A model generated the notes under the pieces. The model saw nothing but the letters and a program-made list of their open reading frames with translations. It was not told where the DNA came from and did no database searches. 64,000 bases of DNA from Gammaproteobacteria bacterium (GTDB lineage: Bacteria > Pseudomonadota > Gammaproteobacteria > JBCCGL01): the NCBI GenBank assembly GCA_965277715.1, contig OZ255836.1, positions 4,032,001-4,096,000 of the forward strand. The letters are read 5' to 3'. This document shows positions 59,930 through 64,000 of the stretch, one piece after another. Both the position numbers and the translations under genes were made by a program. Positions within the stretch are counted from its first letter, which is position 1; each line of letters starts with the position of its first letter.

Positions 59930-60706
59930 TTAATTTTTGTAGGAAGGGTCAGCCCGGTCACAGCGTCGTTTCAGGGCGGGCCATTCGTATTTTCCCGGTG
60001 AAAACGCGGCGTATTGTTGCGATGACATTGCCCATAGTGCGGGTGTGGCCGGTTCCAGTGCCAACCCGGAAGCGTGCGCCTGTACGGCGACTTCGCACAG
60101 CCGGATCAGGTAGTACATGTTCATAAAGGCTTCACCGGCCGTTTCGCCGACGCTGAGAAAGCCGTGGTTGCGCATTACCAGTACTTTATTGTCACCGAGG
60201 TTTTCGGCGATGCGAAAGCGCTCATCGAGATCCACCGATAATCCCTCCCAGTCGTGGTAGCCAATTTTGCCGTAGAGCATCGACGAATCCTGTACCCAAA
60301 ATGGGATGCCCTCTTTAAACGCAGTTGCCGCCAGTGCTGTGGGTGGATGCGCGTGAAACACAAAGCGGTTGTTTGGGTGGTGCAGGTGAATCGCGCTGTG
60401 AATGACAAAGCCTGCGGTGTTGACATCCGCCGGGCCTTCGAGCACGTTGCCGTGCTCATCGACTTTGATGAGGTTGGAGGCGGTGATTTCCTCATACAAC
60501 AACCCAAAGCGGTGCATAAAAAAGGTGTGGTCAGTGCCCGGTGTGCGGGCGGTGATGTGGTTCCACACTGTGTCATCCCAACCCATTAGATGGGTGAGGC
60601 GAAACATCGCTGCCAGGTCGACGCGAACCGACCACTCTGCCGCGTTGGAGGCGGTGGCACTGTCGGTGTTTTTAAAGTCATCGGCGGTTATTGCATTATT
60701 GCTCAT
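59930..60706 (-). CDS. Class II aldolase/adducin family protein
   Basis: NHITAR, GFVIHSAIH, HAH, MRNHG. Confidence 0.9.
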   Translation of the reverse strand: MSNNAITADDFKNTDSATASNAAEWSVRVDLAAMFRLTHLMGWDDTVWNHITARTPGTDHTFFMHRFGLLYEEITASNLIKVDEHGNVLEGPADVNTAGFVIHSAIHLHHPNNRFVFHAHPPTALAATAFKEGIPFWVQDSSMLYGKIGYHDWEGLSVDLDERFRIAENLGDNKVLVMRNHGFLSVGETAGEAFMNMYYLIRLCEVAVQAHASGLALEPATPALWAMSSQQYAAFSPGKYEWPALKRRCDRADPSYKN

Positions 60707-61596
60707 GGGTGTTCACTCAAAAAAATAGCGTTATCCTCTTCAAGCAAACGCACCGCTTTTAGGTGGTTTGCATCAAATCCATAGGTTTCGATAGCGCGTG
60801 CGTAGGTTTGCGTGGTCAGTTCGCACATCGGTAGTTTAATACCGAGATTTTCAGCCATCTGCTGTGCCAATTGCATATCTTTATGCGCCAGGCCAAGCGT
60901 AAATGAGGCATCGTAATCGCCATTTAGGATGGGGGGGCCGTAGCGGTCCGCTACGTAGCTATGCCCGGTACTGTTCTGGATGATGGAGAGCATTTCAGTG
61001 GCGTTGACACCGCCTTTCACACCGAGCATTAAAGCCTCTGACAAGGCCAGTGAGTGTAAATAGCAAAGCACCACCTGGGCAATTTTTGCTGAGTAACCGG
61101 CACCTGTTGGGCCGAGGTGGGTAATACGGCCACCGATTATGCCTAAGATGGCCCGGTAACGTTCAAATACGGTTTTTTCGCCACCGACTAAAATAGTCAG
61201 GTTGCCGGCGCGTGCGCCTTCGTCACCCCCGGAAACCGGGGCGTCGAGAAAGTCGATGGACTGTGCCGTCGCGCTGGCGGCAATGCGTTGGCATACGGCG
61301 AGGTTGTTCGTGCTGAGGTCGATCCAGGTAGCCCCGTCGCGGAGTGTGGCGAACAGACCATCGTCGGCGAAAGCAACGGATTCGATCTGTTTGGGGCCAG
61401 GCAGTGATGTCATTACCATATCGGCATTGCGAACGGCGTCAGCAATTGAGTGGGCGCGTATTGCCCCTTTGGCGACCAGCTTATCTACACGATCCGCCGC
61501 TATATCAAAAACCTGTAGTGTGTGGTCACCACAGCGCACAAGGTTTTCCGCCATCGGTTTACCCATAACACCAAGGCCAATAAAAGCAATGTTCAT
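60703..61596 (-). CDS. NAD(P)-dependent oxidoreductase, 3-hydroxyisobutyrate dehydrogenase family
   Basis: FIGLGVMG, DAPVSGG, AHKDM. Confidence 0.9.
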   Translation of the reverse strand: MNIAFIGLGVMGKPMAENLVRCGDHTLQVFDIAADRVDKLVAKGAIRAHSIADAVRNADMVMTSLPGPKQIESVAFADDGLFATLRDGATWIDLSTNNLAVCQRIAASATAQSIDFLDAPVSGGDEGARAGNLTILVGGEKTVFERYRAILGIIGGRITHLGPTGAGYSAKIAQVVLCYLHSLALSEALMLGVKGGVNATEMLSIIQNSTGHSYVADRYGPPILNGDYDASFTLGLAHKDMQLAQQMAENLGIKLPMCELTTQTYARAIETYGFDANHLKAVRLLEEDNAIFLSEHP

Positions 61597-61638
61597 GTTG
61601 TTATTAATATAAAAACGGTTAGTGAGCAGGCAAGCAGG

Positions 61639-62058
61639 TTATTCAGCATCATGCGATACATTAAACCGCCCGGAGGTTGTTTCCACGATGGTTTTAAAGT
61701 CATCACGGCTGGCCCAATTGAGGTTGAGGGTTTTTTCTGAAACACCGTTTTCATCGCTCAGTTCAAGCTTTAGGGCGCGCACAATGGGTGTTACACGTTG
61801 AATTGAGGCTGTTGAGTAGAGTCTGCCACAGTAAAGACCGCGTTCGTCCAGGGTGAGTTGTGGTTGCGTCCAGCGCGGTTTTAGGTAGCGAAAAGCAAGG
61901 ACAGTGGTGATGGCAAACACAAGCAGGTGTGGCACGCCTGGCGGCCATTGCCACAACCCAACCAGGTAGAGCAGTGCCGGTGCAAATGCAATGTTTATGG
62001 CCATGTGCACAAGCCTTGGTTTGCTCGCGTAGAAAAGGATGGGTCGTTGTTCATTCAT
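61639..62058 (-). CDS. Hypothetical membrane protein
   Basis: Two TM helices plus a small soluble domain; same-strand run. Confidence 0.55.
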   Translation of the reverse strand: MNEQRPILFYASKPRLVHMAINIAFAPALLYLVGLWQWPPGVPHLLVFAITTVLAFRYLKPRWTQPQLTLDERGLYCGRLYSTASIQRVTPIVRALKLELSDENGVSEKTLNLNWASRDDFKTIVETTSGRFNVSHDAE

Positions 62059-62110
62059 TCTTAAGGGTGTGCCTTTATGCTTTTTCCGACACCCTCTTTC
62101 TGGCAGGGTG

Positions 62111-63205
62111 TTAACGGTTGTCTTTTACCATTTCTGCCACCCATTCTGCAATGGCCAGGGAGGCGGTGATACCGGGTGATTCGATACCGCATAAATTAAC
62201 CAGGCCGGGTATGCCATGTTGTTGTGTTCCCTGAATGAGAAAGTCGGCTGCGGGCTCTCCCCGGGCAGAAATTTTTGGGCGTATTCCTGTATAGCCGGGC
62301 TGTAATCTGGATTCATCGAGCGCTGGGTAGTAGGCCTTTATCGCGTCGATAAACCCTGGGCGATCAGCGTGATCGAACGTGTAGTCGATTGTTTCAATCC
62401 ACTGCACGTCAGGGCCAAAACGCACTTGGCCCGCGAGGTCGAGGGTGACGTGTACTCCCAGTCCGCCAGGCTCGGCAAGGGGGTAGATCAAGTGTGAAAA
62501 AGGTGATTGCCCGCTGTAGGCATAGTAGTGGCCCTTGGCGTAGTAAGGTGTGATGGCGCTGTCTTTGTCGAGGGTTTTAAACAGGCTGGGGGCGTGCAGA
62601 CCGGCGCAGTTAATCAATAGCCGGGCAGATAAGCGGTAATCGTCGGTCGCGGCGCTAATGCCACCGTTGTCACGCTGCAGTGCGGTAACCTGCGTGGCGA
62701 GTGCGATGATGCCACCGGCATTTTCTATATCGCCGCATAGCGAAGTCATGTATTCGTGGGTATCGAGAATCCCGGTATCAGGTGAATGGATACCGGCGAT
62801 ACAGTGGATATCCGGTTCCCGTTCGGCAATAGCGTCCCGTGTCAGCCAGGCCAGCTCGCCTGCCTGGTTTTGCGCGGCATTTTCCTGGTAGTGTCGCAGC
62901 ATCGCCAGTTGTTGCGTGTGGGTGGCTACGATAATTTTTCCGCAGCGCTTAAACGCTAACTTCCGCTCGCGTAAGTAGGTGTATAGCAGCGCTTTACCTC
63001 GCACGCATAAGCGTGCTTTTAATGAGTGGCGGGGGTAGTAAATACCCGCGTGAATGACTTCGGAGTTGTGGCTGCTGGTTTCATAACCGATACCGGTGTG
63101 TTGTTCCAGTACTACCACTTCGCGCCCCTGCAAGGCAAGCGCCCGCGCCACGGCAAGCCCGATGACTCCCGCACCAATAACCAGTACATCAACTGTTTCT
63201 GACAT
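62111..63205 (-). CDS. FAD-dependent oxidoreductase, L-2-hydroxyglutarate oxidase-like
   Basis: IGAGVIG, SSHNSEVIHAGIYY, GLGVHVT, GIRPK, GIESPG; start at ATG 63205. Confidence 0.88.
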   Translation of the reverse strand: MSETVDVLVIGAGVIGLAVARALALQGREVVVLEQHTGIGYETSSHNSEVIHAGIYYPRHSLKARLCVRGKALLYTYLRERKLAFKRCGKIIVATHTQQLAMLRHYQENAAQNQAGELAWLTRDAIAEREPDIHCIAGIHSPDTGILDTHEYMTSLCGDIENAGGIIALATQVTALQRDNGGISAATDDYRLSARLLINCAGLHAPSLFKTLDKDSAITPYYAKGHYYAYSGQSPFSHLIYPLAEPGGLGVHVTLDLAGQVRFGPDVQWIETIDYTFDHADRPGFIDAIKAYYPALDESRLQPGYTGIRPKISARGEPAADFLIQGTQQHGIPGLVNLCGIESPGITASLAIAEWVAEMVKDNR

Positions 63206-63256
63206 TGTATCGAGCACCTGGTGGGTGAAATTATAAACACAGAGTAATGAGTGCCA

Positions 63257-63287
63257 GGAGCCTATCGGGTTTAGGCGCTCGTAGCGA
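63257..63287. repeat. Single end of the 54466-54628 MITE family
   Basis: GGAGCCTATCGGGTTTAGGCGCTCGTAGCGA versus GGAGTCTGTCGGGTTTAGCCGCTCGTAGCGA. Confidence 0.65.
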
Positions 63288-63342
63288 ACGAAACCCCTAT
63301 AGCACAACAGATAAATACAAAAATTAACAAAAAGCGGGCTAA

Positions 63343-63445
63343 GGAATGTGTACGAAATAATCTCCGCTTTTGTAATGTTATTTAGCCCAGGTATAAGGTA
63401 AATCGGTGCATTTACGAATCCCGGAATTTATTTCGTGCACGTTCC
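63343..63445. mobile_element. Small MITE-like element with 18-bp imperfect IRs
   Basis: GGAATGTGTACGAAATAA...TTATTTCGTGCACGTTCC (16/18 match). Confidence 0.6.
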
Positions 63446-63462
63446 CAATGGGCAAAATAAAA

Positions 63463-64000
63463 CTACGGCGCTGTTAACCACGTTAATGGGCCGTCTATTT
63501 CCGGTCTAAAATAGCCTATCATCCGGCCATCTTTTCCAGCAGTGGCCGATTTTCCCCAAGTGGCAATGCCATGCAGTGATAAACGGTGGGCGATAAACGC
63601 TTCACCGGGCACGGCGGCAATTTCGATTCGTTGACAGTTTGCAAATACTGCGCGCCGCGCCTGGTGATAAGCATCGGTAATATCTTCTTTGCACCACTGT
63701 TCGGGAGGGTGGTGTGCGAAGCGGGCCATCAGTGCGGATCGAATGATTGTGTGAGAACCTTCCCAAATAACAAACGGTGATGCGTCGGCGCTGAACTCGA
63801 CCAGTGGGATACCGAGTATAAATCCGTGGTATTCGCGTAGGTATCTACGGCGCTTTTCACCTTCTGGCAGTAAACCATCGACGTGGGCGGCACCGTGATC
63901 GCGACGAAAGCGAAACGCTGCTGCAGGTTCAGATGCCATCGGTTGTGGGTAGTTGGGGTAGCAGACAGATACCTGCCCCCGATCCCAGGCAAACCCGTTG
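63463..64000 (-). CDS. Hypothetical protein, possibly a 2OG-Fe(II)/PhyH-like fold; 5' end outside the window
   Basis: Frame is open to the window edge; HVDG, WEGSH and LHG motifs. Confidence 0.6.
   Translation of the reverse strand, partial: NGFAWDRGQVSVCYPNYPQPMASEPAAAFRFRRDHGAAHVDGLLPEGEKRRRYLREYHGFILGIPLVEFSADASPFVIWEGSHTIIRSALMARFAHHPPEQWCKEDITDAYHQARRAVFANCQRIEIAAVPGEAFIAHRLSLHGIATWGKSATAGKDGRMIGYFRPEIDGPLTWLTAP

Noticed and set aside
1-64000. tRNA, rRNA, riboswitch or prophage genes
   Set aside because: None recognised by eye; tRNAscan-SE and Rfam searches would be needed to exclude them.

Overview
Gammaproteobacterial chromosome segment. It may come from an autotroph or host-associated lineage; this is inferred only from a CbbR-like regulator beside rpe and from many pseudogenes and MITEs. 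Core or housekeeping content: a GT4 glycosyltransferase with an atypical ABC exporter, a peptide ABC importer cluster with MlrC-like and CocE/NonD hydrolases, tRNA wobble-modification genes (mnmD, cmoB, cmoA), lexA, the ParA-CheW-CheW-DUF2802 tail of a chemotaxis locus, an orphaned mshE, rpe, metY, aas, slyD, a GAF-GGDEF cyclase and several oxidoreductases. The most unusual part is a ~15.5 kb polymorphic-toxin island (21.0-36.7 kb). It holds a 2418-aa signal-peptide SpvB/FG-GAP/YD-RHS protein with eight near-identical 180-bp repeats and an M23 peptidase tip, followed by a lipoprotein immunity candidate. Downstream is a mosaic in which short captured fragments (symE tail, transposon end, paralogous rhs piece, second lipoprotein gene) are joined at two recurring motifs, GAAAAAGGGGTCAGGC and GAAAAATAGGACAGGCAC. 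An IS4 element and its MITE sit in one of these motifs. Elsewhere are an orphan NucC nuclease converging on an MNT-HEPN gene, group II intron remnants, attC-like cassette remnants and at least three small inverted-repeat families. All functional calls rest on motif recognition by eye; no database searches were run.
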